DNA of 64,000 nucleotides, taken from an uncultured virus (IMG/VR IMGVR_UViG_3300028033_000029) (lineage: Duplodnaviria > Heunggongvirae > Uroviricota > Caudoviricetes). Below the pieces are notes generated by a model that did no database searches, was not told the origin of the DNA, and saw nothing but the letters and a program-made list of their open reading frames with translations. This document shows, in pieces, positions 29,943-40,681 of this stretch (positions are counted from its first letter, which is position 1; each line of letters opens with the position of its first letter). A program made the translations under genes and the position numbers. The stretch lies in the IMG/VR virus record IMGVR_UViG_3300028033_000029; one strand, given 5' to 3'.

Positions 29943-30518
29943 TCAAATTATTTCGTCCACAAAGCCTAATTCTTTGGCAGTATCACCAAAACAGTAAAAT
30001 TCTTTTCTTTTTATTTCTGTATACTGCTCCTCGCTTATTTTAGTATGTTCTTTTATAAAACTGTCAATTTTTTCTTCTAATTGTTCTAAAAATTTCATAG
30101 TATCTCTTGCTTTACCCGAACTATTAGCTACTATGTACTCACCATCATGTAATAAAAACACTGTATTACTCGATGCAAAACGCTTATGCCCTGCTAAAAA
30201 TATCAATAATCCAGCCGAACACACTCTTGATAAGCCATAAATATGTATTGGTATGCGTGATTTCTTAATTATTTCAGTTAAGTACATACCAACAAAAGCA
30301 TCTCCACCATCAGTGTTCAAATATAACTTAATTGGTTTTAATTGGTCTTCTGGTACGTTGGCTTCCTCTAAATTCATCTTGATTATGGGTACTGCAATCA
30401 TATCTATTGCACTATCGTCAATGTCGTCATTGTAATAAATTGCTCTTTCTTTTAAAAAATTTTTATATATATCTTCATAAATAGTAGTAGGTTGAATAGC
30501 TATTGCCCCTAACTCCAC
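29943..30518 (-). CDS. clpP: ClpP-like protease
   Basis: YLNTDGG, CSAG (Ser), LLH (His), AKELGFVDEI. Confidence 0.88.
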   Translation of the reverse strand: MELGAIAIQPTTIYEDIYKNFLKERAIYYNDDIDDSAIDMIAVPIIKMNLEEANVPEDQLKPIKLYLNTDGGDAFVGMYLTEIIKKSRIPIHIYGLSRVCSAGLLIFLAGHKRFASSNTVFLLHDGEYIVANSSGKARDTMKFLEQLEEKIDSFIKEHTKISEEQYTEIKRKEFYCFGDTAKELGFVDEII

Positions 30519-30808
30519 TAAAATTCCTCCATTCTTTTTGGTTTATATTGTTTGCATTGCACCACCACAACCCAATCCCATTGCTTACACTTTCGCTCAC
30601 AACCCAAACAATATTCGTTATATTTATTTATATCAGGGAATGTATCTTCCCCTAATAACATCTCTATTTTGTGACGCACTGTTTTATCTGGAACTATTTC
30701 TTCAGTTATGATTTTCTGAAACACATCAGAAGTAATACCAGTAAATTCAAGTATAACTTCCTCTGGGACAGAATACTTTTCCATATATTTCAGAATCTTA
30801 TTCATCAC
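30518..30808 (-). CDS. HTH-like protein with Cys cluster
   Basis: Helical N-terminus plus CxxCxxxCxQ...C. Confidence 0.55.
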   Translation of the reverse strand: MMNKILKYMEKYSVPEEVILEFTGITSDVFQKIITEEIVPDKTVRHKIEMLLGEDTFPDINKYNEYCLGCERKCKQWDWVVVVQCKQYKPKRMEEF

Positions 30809-32211
30809 GACACCTCTTTAATCAAATCATTATTAATTCTATCTCCGTACGAATTAAAGAAATATACATTACCATCTTGTTCTAATACTATAATATGGTC
30901 TAAAGGATATTCTAATCTATGGTCTCGCTCACGCACATCTCTTTTTTGATATTCTTTAACTTCATTGCTTATGTAATATTTTTTACCTTTAAATGTAAAC
31001 ATATTATCAGTATCAACGTAACACCACTCAAAGGTATATGGTCTTTCAGGATCAATCAGCCTCTCAATCCTGACATGATAATCGCTATAATCTACCCATT
31101 GCCCATTAATCCAATCCCAATCTTTTATTCTATCCTTATGATTATCGTAGGTAAATAAAATTCCGAATTTATAAGTGCTAGTTTGTTTCCAACGCTTGTG
31201 TTGAGCTTTGTGTTGGCGCTCAAATTTCATTTTTTGGTATTCACTCATTGTTTTAATGGGGTACTTTTTATCATTATCTTCATTTTCTAAATACTCTTCT
31301 AAGGAAATAAATTGAATTTTATTTTCCCGCCTTTTAACTTTGACTGTTTCAAAATCAGATGCTTGCGCTATATAGTAAGATGCCAATATATCTAATATCA
31401 CCGATTCTTTATCTCTCAACTCATCATTAGAACCTTTATGATAATTCTTCGCTTGCCACATATATTCAATATATTCTCTCAATGACATACCATCAATATA
31501 ATTATTATCTAAAATCTTATTTATTAAAATTTTCCTATATTTTACATCAATATCTTTAATGGCATATAATTTATAATAGGCATATTTATTAATATTAAAA
31601 ACATCAATAGCTTTTACAATTATACCTTGTTTGCGCAACTTTTCAATATATTCCTTAGATTGGTTTTTTAATTTTACGAATTGCATAATTCTATAAACTA
31701 ATTTTATATTTTTTTTGTTTGGCAAAGATAAATTATAATAAAAATACTTTGTGTAAATCTCTGGAGACTTCATTTTAACTTCCTCCGCTAATTGTTTATG
31801 TATTTCACTAATCTTATTTTTGAGTTCATCTGGTGTTTTTCTCCCAAACTTCTGAAGCGCTGATTTTTCTATAATTTCACGTGGAAGATACATTGGTTTA
31901 TAATGCCTCGTATTTAAAGAAATATTATATCCCATCGAAGGATTAAAAGATTGATATTTATTAAGCCAATATTGCTCTCTGTCTCTTAAAATGCTCTTAT
32001 CTTCTACCTCTTCTAAAATTACAAACTCAAAATTATCTTTTCCATATTTATTCCATGCATTTTGCAAATGTATATTATTATGTCTATTGCGTGATAACTC
32101 ATATATATGATCACGCCATCGCCTTTTTATATTTATTGAACTACCTATATAAACTTTATTATTCACTTTGTTTCTTATTAAGTATACTCCCTGAATAATA
32201 TATCCCTCCAA
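30805..32211 (-). CDS. GIY-YIG endonuclease domain fused to large unknown domain
   Basis: GVY...YIGS...R...E...GYN in first ~100 aa. Confidence 0.75.
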   Translation of the reverse strand: MEGYIIQGVYLIRNKVNNKVYIGSSINIKRRWRDHIYELSRNRHNNIHLQNAWNKYGKDNFEFVILEEVEDKSILRDREQYWLNKYQSFNPSMGYNISLNTRHYKPMYLPREIIEKSALQKFGRKTPDELKNKISEIHKQLAEEVKMKSPEIYTKYFYYNLSLPNKKNIKLVYRIMQFVKLKNQSKEYIEKLRKQGIIVKAIDVFNINKYAYYKLYAIKDIDVKYRKILINKILDNNYIDGMSLREYIEYMWQAKNYHKGSNDELRDKESVILDILASYYIAQASDFETVKVKRRENKIQFISLEEYLENEDNDKKYPIKTMSEYQKMKFERQHKAQHKRWKQTSTYKFGILFTYDNHKDRIKDWDWINGQWVDYSDYHVRIERLIDPERPYTFEWCYVDTDNMFTFKGKKYYISNEVKEYQKRDVRERDHRLEYPLDHIIVLEQDGNVYFFNSYGDRINNDLIKEVS

Positions 32212-32233
32212 TATATAAATGGTTTTTTTGCCC

Positions 32234-32785
32234 TCATTTTACAGTATTTTTCCTTAAAACATCACATTTCTTACATACACTTTGTAGACCATCAAGAGTG
32301 TTAGGATGTCTCCCAAAAAACTCCTCAGTAGCAGGCAACCATCTTTTACACTTACTGCATTGTTTCCACCTATCAGGTGTTTTTACTTTGCTCCAGTAAA
32401 CAAAATCATACTTCCAAGCCAAATCATTTTCTCGCTTAATTTTTCTACAAATACTACGTATAATACCTTCCACAACATCAGGTCTTAAATTAAGTTCCTC
32501 TGAAATATCTTGTTCATTATAGCCAGTCATATATAAATCCAACACTTCTTTTTGTCTTTTTGTGAAATTACATCTTTCAATCATTCTGTCTAAATCAGCA
32601 TACAAACAGACAAGTTCCTCATTAATACCACCAGTATCAACTTCATTATGTATCATCGCATCATACATATACCTATACTTGAGTAAACCTCTAATTGTAT
32701 CCTCATCAGTTAGGGAAACATTTTTCCATTCATATTCATCATCGTGTATATCAATTTTAACCCTTGCCACATAAATTACCTCCAA
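32234..32785 (-). CDS. Sigma-region-4/LuxR-type HTH protein with C-terminal Zn finger (possible late regulator)
   Basis: FTKRQKEVL..Y..G...EQDISEEL; CSKC...CKKC. Confidence 0.7.
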   Translation of the reverse strand: MEVIYVARVKIDIHDDEYEWKNVSLTDEDTIRGLLKYRYMYDAMIHNEVDTGGINEELVCLYADLDRMIERCNFTKRQKEVLDLYMTGYNEQDISEELNLRPDVVEGIIRSICRKIKRENDLAWKYDFVYWSKVKTPDRWKQCSKCKRWLPATEEFFGRHPNTLDGLQSVCKKCDVLRKNTVK

Positions 32786-32842
32786 TCATTATTATTATAA
32801 TTTACCTAATTTCTTATAAACCTCCTCCTTAAAATCATTATT

Positions 32843-33187
32843 TTATCTCGCTTTGAAATAATTATATTTCACTCTTTCTTTAGTAGGTAATATTTCTTTT
32901 ATATCTTCGAGTGCCTTCTGTGTGGCTTCTTTTGTAGATTTACACATATAATACACAAAAATCCAAATCACTAATAGCCAAGACAAAGGATGCCATAATC
33001 TTATATATATCCACCAATAATCATTAACATAGTAGGGGACTATAGCACCCATATAAAACAATATCTTGCCCAATAATTTTAATTCTTGTTTGGTTCGCTT
33101 TTTGGTAAAATATCTCTCGTCAATATACACACAATTCACCTCCTTATCATTATTATTTTTATTTGCGTCTAAAATAAAATTTCCCAC
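32843..33187 (-). CDS. Hypothetical membrane protein
   Basis: Hydrophobic Trp-rich stretch; start uncertain. Confidence 0.5.
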   Translation of the reverse strand: MGNFILDANKNNNDKEVNCVYIDERYFTKKRTKQELKLLGKILFYMGAIVPYYVNDYWWIYIRLWHPLSWLLVIWIFVYYMCKSTKEATQKALEDIKEILPTKERVKYNYFKAR

Positions 33188-33193
33188 GCTTTA

Positions 33194-33350
33194 ATTATAT
33201 CACACAACCATAAGTTTGTCAACATTTACAACCAAAAATCTTTATTAATATTATATATCATTTTAAATTTTCTGTCAATACTTTTTCATAAAATTTTCAT
33301 AAAAAATTTTTATTCTAATCTGTTGACAAACAGGAAATTTGGTGTATAAT
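33194..33350. promoter_or_regulatory. Divergent sigma-A promoters
   Basis: Minus: TTGACA-17-TATAAT at 33194-33222 and 33250-33278; plus: TTGACA-16-TATAAT at 33323-33350. Confidence 0.8.
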
Positions 33351-33363
33351 AAAATTATAAACC

Positions 33364-34449
33364 ATGATTGTTAAGGAGGTATATCAAATGACTGCTTTAG
33401 AAATAGCAAGAAAAAATGTGACAGGTTTTAAAATAGATAGTGTTGATAGCGCAATAAAACTATTTTTAGAAGAGAAAAAACTCAAAAGCGAAAACACAGC
33501 AAAAAATTATAAAATCCACATAGAGGAATTCTTAATGTATTGCTTAGGTAAAACATCTAATATCAAATGGGAGGAAATACTAAGCATTACTTACAATGAT
33601 GTATTACTATTTAGAAATCACTTGCTTAACAATAAACAACTGTCTCCACGCAGCATCAACTCAAAAATGGGAGCATTAAGAACATTTTATAAACACTTAT
33701 ACAAAATCAATAAAGATATTGACCTCGATGTTATGAATATTGACCCACTCCCAGAAGGCAAAAAAGAGGATAGAGCATGGGGGACATTAACAGAAGATGA
33801 AGTGCAAAAATTATATGAATTTTGCGAAAAAGAATATTATAAACCAATTACAAAAAAAATGTTTTTTGAAACCGCAATAGTTACTGCTTTGAGAAAAGAA
33901 GCTTTACTCTCTATGACTTGGGATGATATACAACAAAAGCAAGACAAATCAGGAACAATGGTGTGGACTATATGCGTAAGAGATAAAGGCGGTAAGTATG
34001 ATTACAATCCAATTACAGATGAATTTTATAATAGGCTACTGCAAGTCAAACAAGAAAATAACCCCAATGATAATAGAGTATTCCAAATCAACGAAAAGAC
34101 ATTAGTTAAAACATTGAAAGATTTCTGTAAAGCTAATAATATAGGCGAGGATAGAAGAATAACATTACATTCACTTAAATCAGCAAGCGGAGCAATTGTA
34201 TATAAAGCTACTGGAGGAGATATAGTTGCTACTTCAAAACACTTACATCATTCACAAATAAATACAACTTATCAACACTATGTGGGCAAATTTACAAACC
34301 TTACCCTTAAACCATCATATAGTGTATTTGGAAAACAAGTATCAATCAAAGATTTAGAAAAATATTCCAAAGAAGAATTATTAGAAGCTATAGCAAAAAG
34401 CGGTACATCAACAATAAGAGAAATACTAAATCACCTTAAAAAGGACTAA
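33364..34449 (+). CDS. Tyrosine recombinase/integrase-fold protein
   Basis: ALRK, HSLK (HxxR variant), HLHH, YQHY. Confidence 0.85.
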   Translation: MIVKEVYQMTALEIARKNVTGFKIDSVDSAIKLFLEEKKLKSENTAKNYKIHIEEFLMYCLGKTSNIKWEEILSITYNDVLLFRNHLLNNKQLSPRSINSKMGALRTFYKHLYKINKDIDLDVMNIDPLPEGKKEDRAWGTLTEDEVQKLYEFCEKEYYKPITKKMFFETAIVTALRKEALLSMTWDDIQQKQDKSGTMVWTICVRDKGGKYDYNPITDEFYNRLLQVKQENNPNDNRVFQINEKTLVKTLKDFCKANNIGEDRRITLHSLKSASGAIVYKATGGDIVATSKHLHHSQINTTYQHYVGKFTNLTLKPSYSVFGKQVSIKDLEKYSKEELLEAIAKSGTSTIREILNHLKKD

Positions 34450-34470
34450 AAGTTAGTCCTTTTTTCTTTT
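34441..34470 (+). terminator. Intrinsic terminator overlapping stop codon
   Basis: AAGGACTAA/TTAGTCCTT stem plus T-tract. Confidence 0.8.
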
Positions 34471-37290
34471 TTAGAAATTGTACTTGCATAATTAAGAAAA
34501 CTGTCAACTATAAATATACTGTAAGGAAAAATTAATATTCATTAATAAAATCAATAATTTTTATAAAAAATAATAAAAAAATTAGAGAAAAATACAGATT
34601 TTTCGGTAAAAATCATGAAAAACCATAAATTTCTTTAAATTTTTACAAATAAAAAAACAATAAATTTTAATACTTTAAGTAAAGAAACTTCAATAAAATT
34701 ATTGAAAAGGAGGATTTATATGTATTTTGCAATTGATAATGTTTATTTGGTAACTAAAGCTTTTAGTGAAAATTGGACTAAATTATGCATTCAAAAATTA
34801 TAATGATTTTCTGTAGCAGCCTTTTAGAACAGAGTTTTTTCGTTAGAGGTATAATCCTATTACCTATGAATTTAAAAACGATTATAGGGTAAATTTGAGC
34901 GCCTAACATTTGGAAATTGTATTTTGAGCATATTAGTAATATACTTTTACGCAATTTTAGTGAATTGTCTAAAAGTATATTAAAAAGCCACTTTTAAGCA
35001 ATTCAAAAAAATAATATTTTAGGGTATACCCCACCTAAAATAACAAAAAAAATAAAACTTATTCAAGGATAAAAATAGGCAATATTTGTAAATAAATATA
35101 ATGTTAGTCTAAAAATTGTTGTGTTTAAAATTAAAAACACAGCAAAATCAAGGATTAGAGGAAATTTAACTACAAAAAATTCTCTGTAGGAGGCTTTTAG
35201 ACGAGAGATAATTTTTAAAAGGTATAAATATATTACCCCTTGAATTAACTCTTCTCTATTGTCATTTTTGGAATTTTCTAAATATTCAAATGCCCTATTT
35301 TACTGCATTTCAAGGTTGGGATAAACTGGAAATATAATAGGGTATACCCTATATTTTTAATGCTATTTTTTTATTATTTTTATTTCCAATTACTGGTGCA
35401 ATAAGAGAAAGAGAATATTAAATTTGTCAGAAAATTTTTAATTATTAAAAAGCTTTAATACCTTTTGTGCACTATATATTATTATTTATATTAAGTGTTA
35501 CTACTAATCTAAGTATAGTAGTTATTCTTAGTATAAAAGATTTAATAAATATATTGAGTATTATTATTATTTAGTGTATACTAGATTTCTAGTATATAAA
35601 ATAATAAAATAATAATTGTTATTAAATATAAAATATATATTAAGTTTTTATTTTAAAAATATAAAGTATAATTATTATTTTATTGTTTTATATTATAAGT
35701 TTTATTTAATTTATATATTATAATTTTATAAAATAAAAATAAAAATTATTTTATATTAATGTTTATCTTAATATTATTATAAATTAGTTTATTTATATTT
35801 AATTAGTATAACATAATAATTATTATTTCAATTTAAGTTAATCTAGAATCTAGTTAAATATATCAAAGTATTATTATTTTAAAATATATAATCTAAAAAA
35901 TAATAATTTAATTTGTATTTATTTATTGTATTGTATTTTTATTATTTTAGTATGTTTTATATATAAATGTTTACTAGTTATAATAATATATAATAATACA
36001 AATAGAATTTTAATAAATTTTTTGATAATTTAATAAACTGCTCAGTACAAAGTAAAATTGATTTATTTTTGTAGAAGTATAAACTTAAAAATACTGCTTT
36101 CTTTCAACCTTGATATGGTAATTAGTAATACTGAATATTTTGTTAGAAAGTTTATACTCAGAATAAAGATTATACTATAGTAAGAAGGATAATTATATTT
36201 TTGAGTATATTATGAGAATATTTCTCTAAGATAGTGGTTACTAATTATAGCAAAGTAAGCTAAAGTATATATAAGCCGCTTCCATTTTATGTTAAAAAAG
36301 TAAAAATGACGCAATATATGAGGGTAGGGGAGGCGGTGCGTAGCGCAATCGGCGACGCCCGATTGAATTTTGCTTTTGGATGGCTTTGTAATATGGTTTT
36401 GGACTGGTTGAATTGTATTGCAATATGGGTTTAATCGGGGAAAACCGATAAAAGTATATTAAAAAGCTATTTTTAGGATTATACTTTAGCATAGTGAAGT
36501 GTAATCGGGAGAATCCGATTAAAATGGTATTAGTAATATGAAAAAATGACGAAATCGTAATAAAATGGAAAAAATTTTGTGAAAATACGCATAAAGAAAA
36601 GTATATTAGTAAGCCTATTTGAATCGGGAGTGTCCGATTAAGGATTTGGGTTGTTGAATTGGTAAAAATGGAAAGAAATAGGTTGTAAAAATTTGAGGGT
36701 AATCGGATGGAAAATTAAGGTAGGTAGGTGAGATGATGAGCTTGGGAACTTTTTGGCTTTGCTGGTTATCTTTTCCTTTAAAAATATGGCGGTATATATG
36801 GCATAGAATAAAATTTTTTGACTTAGAAACGGCATATAAATATACTTATACACCACAATTGTGTATACAATTCATACAATTGCGTAAATTAATAAAAATA
36901 TATTAAAATTTGAATTTTATATAATACATTGTGGTAAATTATGGTAAATTATATTTTGGTATTTTTTAGGATATTAAAGTGTATTAAAAAAATGATACAC
37001 TTTAATACTCATAACACGACGACTTTTTCGGAAGAAATTTTACACTCATTTCAATTTTAATCTTATTTCAATATTGTACTCATTACAATTTTACAATTAT
37101 TATCAATGGAAAATTATTATTAATACTCTATACTATTTTTTTAAATTGTTATGATTGAATAAGAACAATTGTTATGGTCTAATCGTTACATTTTATTCAT
37201 GAACTTATTCATGAGTTAATCACTTCTACTTAATAATTATTCTCTTTTACGTATAATTATACAAAAAATAATAAAAAAAATATAAAAAAT
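34450..37290. other. ~2.8-kb non-coding region (candidate origin / packaging end / att region)
   Basis: No credible ORF; very AT-rich core ~35400-36100; palindromes and hairpins; near the switch of gene orientation. Confidence 0.65.
36347..36639. repeat. Four AATCGG-N6-CCGAT(T/A) palindromes
   Basis: At 36347, 36433, 36503, 36622; half-site at 36701. Confidence 0.85.
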
Positions 37291-37357
37291 CTATTGACAT
37301 GATACAATAATAATGATATAATTATAATAGAATCAATCAAAAAAAGGAGGAGTAAAA

Positions 37358-37621
37358 ATGATAAATGTAAAATTTTACAAGGAGAATGGAGAATTAAAAA
37401 AGTGTACTATAGAAGAGTTTTACGACATAATAAAAAATATAAAAAATACATCTCAAAAAATTTGCGATAACTGGGACGATAAAGACAGTTTAGAAGTAGT
37501 AGAAGTTTTTCTGAAATTTGAAGAAAAAAGAATAATAAGATATACGATTATCACTGATTTGGACAATGGAATTATTTCCCAACTATATATAGATGTTTTA
37601 ATGAATTTACAAGAGGATTAA
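37358..37621 (+). CDS. Small early hypothetical protein
   Basis: Promoter, SD and terminator. Confidence 0.8.
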   Translation: MINVKFYKENGELKKCTIEEFYDIIKNIKNTSQKICDNWDDKDSLEVVEVFLKFEEKRIIRYTIITDLDNGIISQLYIDVLMNLQED

Positions 37622-37721
37622 AAAAAATCCTCTTGTTTTTTAAAAAAATCTATTGACATGATATAATAATAGTGATACAATATAATCAGAAAAAATAAAA
37701 TATTTAAGAGGAGGAATTAAA

Positions 37722-38129
37722 ATGCAAGTGATAGATTTAACAGTAAATATTGAGGGGATGATGGTAAGGAGTAATGATACTGTTGTTACACTTAGAGAGA
37801 GCTTATTTAGTGATTTAAATTTTTATGACATAAATACACAAAGAATTATAAAAGATATAAAAAATGTTAACAAAAAAATTTCAGTAAATGATATTTATAT
37901 TTTTTTAGAGAAAGACAGTAAAAGATTATCGACAGCATGGTTGCATTATTTATGGGATAACGAAAATATAGAAGTTTATATTTCGAAAGAAGAAGTAGAA
38001 AAAACGGAAAAAATAAAGAAAGAAAAAATTTGGAAGGTATTAGAAAATATACTTGAAGATTTTGCAAAAAAAATGACATATGAATATATAGAAGTAGTAA
38101 AACAACAACAAATTAAAGAAAGAGTATAA
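37722..38129 (+). CDS. Early hypothetical protein
   Basis: Promoter, SD, downstream hairpin. Confidence 0.8.
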   Translation: MQVIDLTVNIEGMMVRSNDTVVTLRESLFSDLNFYDINTQRIIKDIKNVNKKISVNDIYIFLEKDSKRLSTAWLHYLWDNENIEVYISKEEVEKTEKIKKEKIWKVLENILEDFAKKMTYEYIEVVKQQQIKERV

Positions 38130-38208
38130 GAGATTACTAAGACTATAGAGGAATTACTCCTCTATAGTCTCAAATAAAAAAAATAATTATAAAAAGGAGG
38201 ATAATAAA

Positions 38209-38466
38209 ATGGTTAGTTATCAAAAAGCTTATAATTTCATTACAAAAAATTATAAAAAAGAAGAAATAAAAAATGTTTTTAAAAAAATACAACAAAAAGT
38301 AGAAAATATAAAAAGGAAAAGTAATTATAAATATGACGATATACAAATTATAGAAGCTATTTTAAACACCAAAAAAGACATGAGCATTATTTTAAAAATG
38401 TTTTTTATACTTTATTTAGCACAAATTTTAAATATTGATTTTGAAGAAGAAGAATTAATAATATAA
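38209..38466 (+). CDS. Early hypothetical protein
   Basis: AGGAGG SD. Confidence 0.75.
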   Translation: MVSYQKAYNFITKNYKKEEIKNVFKKIQQKVENIKRKSNYKYDDIQIIEAILNTKKDMSIILKMFFILYLAQILNIDFEEEELII

Positions 38467-38788
38467 AAGCTTTATTTTATTATTATAAATTGTCATACAA
38501 TTCTAAAAAATCAAATAATGATTTACTTTCATAAAGTAAAGCAAAGAAAACATAGATATATTCACAAAAAATATAACAGTTTAAAAATAACATTATAACA
38601 GTTTAAAAGCAATATAACAGCAACAATAATAAAATTTGAGATTTTTTTATATATAACAGTCCAAAATTTATATTATAACAGTTTAAATTGTTTTAAAATT
38701 TTTAATATAAAAACTTTATTTTTTTTCTTGACATAACATATTAATAATGGTATAATTAAATCACAAAATAAATGAAGGAGGAGTTTAA

Positions 38789-39163
38789 ATGAATAAAAAA
38801 GAATTTAAAGAACTGCAAAAAAGATATTTGCAACTTAATAAAGAATTAGAAAAATTGAATAAAATTTATAAACACCAAATAAAACCATTTGAGGAGGAAT
38901 TTTTTGCCTCCTCAATGGATGATGAAGAGATAGATAAATTAGTAAAAAAAGATATGGAGATTAGGAAAAATCTCCATATCGATGAATTAGAAACAGAGTT
39001 AATAAAGATAAAGGACAAACTTATAACAGCAGGAGGAGAGTATATTTTAAAAATTGCTCCTCCTGAAGAAAAAAATACAATCGAATATTTATTAAAAAAT
39101 TATAAATATAACATTGAAATTACTGATAAAATCGCAAACATATTTGCTATAATGCAGGTTTAA
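38789..39163 (+). CDS. Early hypothetical protein (helical)
   Basis: Promoter, SD, terminator. Confidence 0.8.
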   Translation: MNKKEFKELQKRYLQLNKELEKLNKIYKHQIKPFEEEFFASSMDDEEIDKLVKKDMEIRKNLHIDELETELIKIKDKLITAGGEYILKIAPPEEKNTIEYLLKNYKYNIEITDKIANIFAIMQV

Positions 39164-39333
39164 AGCCTGCTTTTTTATTTATAACAGAAAACTATTATTA
39201 TTTAACAATATATAACAGCTTGAATTATTCAGAATATTTAAAATATAAAAACTTCAATTTTGCTCTTGACATACAACAAAAATAGTGATACAATTATGAT
39301 AGAATAAAAAAAATTAAAGGAGGAATTTTTAAA

Positions 39334-39516
39334 ATGAAAACATATTTAGTTATTGAAACAGGAGTTTGTGATTCTCCATGGTGTCCAGGCTATCATTTTA
39401 CAAGTGTTACTAAAGTTTTCAAAAATAAAGAAAAAGCCGAACAGTATTTGTTTGGCTTAAAAGAAAAAAATCCTCACTCACATTTTACAATTGAAGAAAT
39501 AGAATTGCAGGATTAA
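39334..39516 (+). CDS. Small early hypothetical protein
   Basis: Promoter, SD, terminator. Confidence 0.75.
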   Translation: MKTYLVIETGVCDSPWCPGYHFTSVTKVFKNKEKAEQYLFGLKEKNPHSHFTIEEIELQD

Positions 39517-39706
39517 AAAAATCCTGCTTTATTTTTTTTGTTTTAAATTGTCTTATAATTCTAAAAAATAATGATATTTATTCATATAATATATAACAGC
39601 AAAATTATTAGAAAATTTAAAATATAAAAACTTTATTTTTTCTCTTGACAAATAAACTTAATAATGATATAATTAAATTAGAAAATTTAAGGAGGAGGAA
39701 TAAAAA

Positions 39707-40090
39707 ATGATTAAAAAGATTAATGAAGATTTTGTATTTTACACCACTTGGAACAAGCTTTCAGGAGCTATTGAAAATTTACCCGACAATTACGAAGGCT
39801 TAAATTACCAACTTAAAGAAGATATACAAGTTAGGCTTATACCAATTCGGGATGATGATGGCGAAATAATCCCTGATTGGTTGGAAGTGGAAATACAAAA
39901 TGAATACGGCAATTATGATACAATATATTACGTACCTACCAGAGATTATGCGGATGAAGATGGTTATTTTTCTTATTCATGGAGTTCCACAGGAATTCAT
40001 GATTGGGTTCCTGAAGAACTACATGATAGAGTATATAACAGAGAAGGAGTGGCGGTGCATATAGATGTTTTAGAGTATTTGCAGGATTAA
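39707..40090 (+). CDS. Acidic early hypothetical protein
   Basis: Promoter, SD, terminator; ~28 D/E versus ~9 K/R. Confidence 0.8.
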   Translation: MIKKINEDFVFYTTWNKLSGAIENLPDNYEGLNYQLKEDIQVRLIPIRDDDGEIIPDWLEVEIQNEYGNYDTIYYVPTRDYADEDGYFSYSWSSTGIHDWVPEELHDRVYNREGVAVHIDVLEYLQD

Positions 40091-40220
40091 AATCCTGCTT
40101 ATTTTTTTATAACAGCGTAAATTGTGTGAAAATTTTAAAAATATAAAATTTATTTTTCTTATTGACAAGTAATTTAAATAATGATATAATTAAATTAGAA
40201 ATCAAAAAGGAGGGATTAAA

Positions 40221-40490
40221 ATGTCAGTTAAAAAGGAGCAAAAGTACAATATTACGATTTTAGAGACATGCACAAATAAAAAATTAAAAGCATTAGGGAT
40301 TATTCCCAATGCAGTTGTAACAAAAGTTGGAAATATTCATGGATTTGTTTATGCGAATGTTGTATCAGACATAGGAGAAATTTCTTACATTCCTATCAGT
40401 AAACATGCCAGATGGGAATTAGTGTTGTATTTTTTTAAAAAACACTTGACAAATAAAAAGAATAATGATATATTTAAAATAAAAACTTAA
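40221..40490 (+). CDS. Early hypothetical protein
   Basis: Promoter and SD. Confidence 0.7.
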   Translation: MSVKKEQKYNITILETCTNKKLKALGIIPNAVVTKVGNIHGFVYANVVSDIGEISYIPISKHARWELVLYFFKKHLTNKKNNDIFKIKT

Positions 40491-40504
40491 AAGGAGGGCT
40501 TTAT

Positions 40505-40681
40505 ATGGTGGAAGTAACGCTTATTAAAATTGGTAAAGGTAAAAATTCTAAATATTATGTCTATGATACGACAGAAATAAAACTAATAAGCAAACATACG
40601 TATTATAAATTAAGCAAAATATTGAATAAAGAAAAAACTGAATTAGCTAAAAAAATAGTCTCTAATTCAGGGTGGATTTAA
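40505..40681 (+). CDS. Small basic early protein (58 aa)
   Basis: Promoter 40446, AGGAGG SD, stop within hairpin; manual translation. Confidence 0.65.
   Translation: MVEVTLIKIGKGKNSKYYVYDTTEIKLISKHTYYKLSKILNKEKTELAKKIVSNSGWI

Noticed and set aside
36292..36856. Minus-strand ORFs 36292-36492 and 36638-36856
   Set aside because: No convincing SD, atypical composition, overlap the palindrome array.
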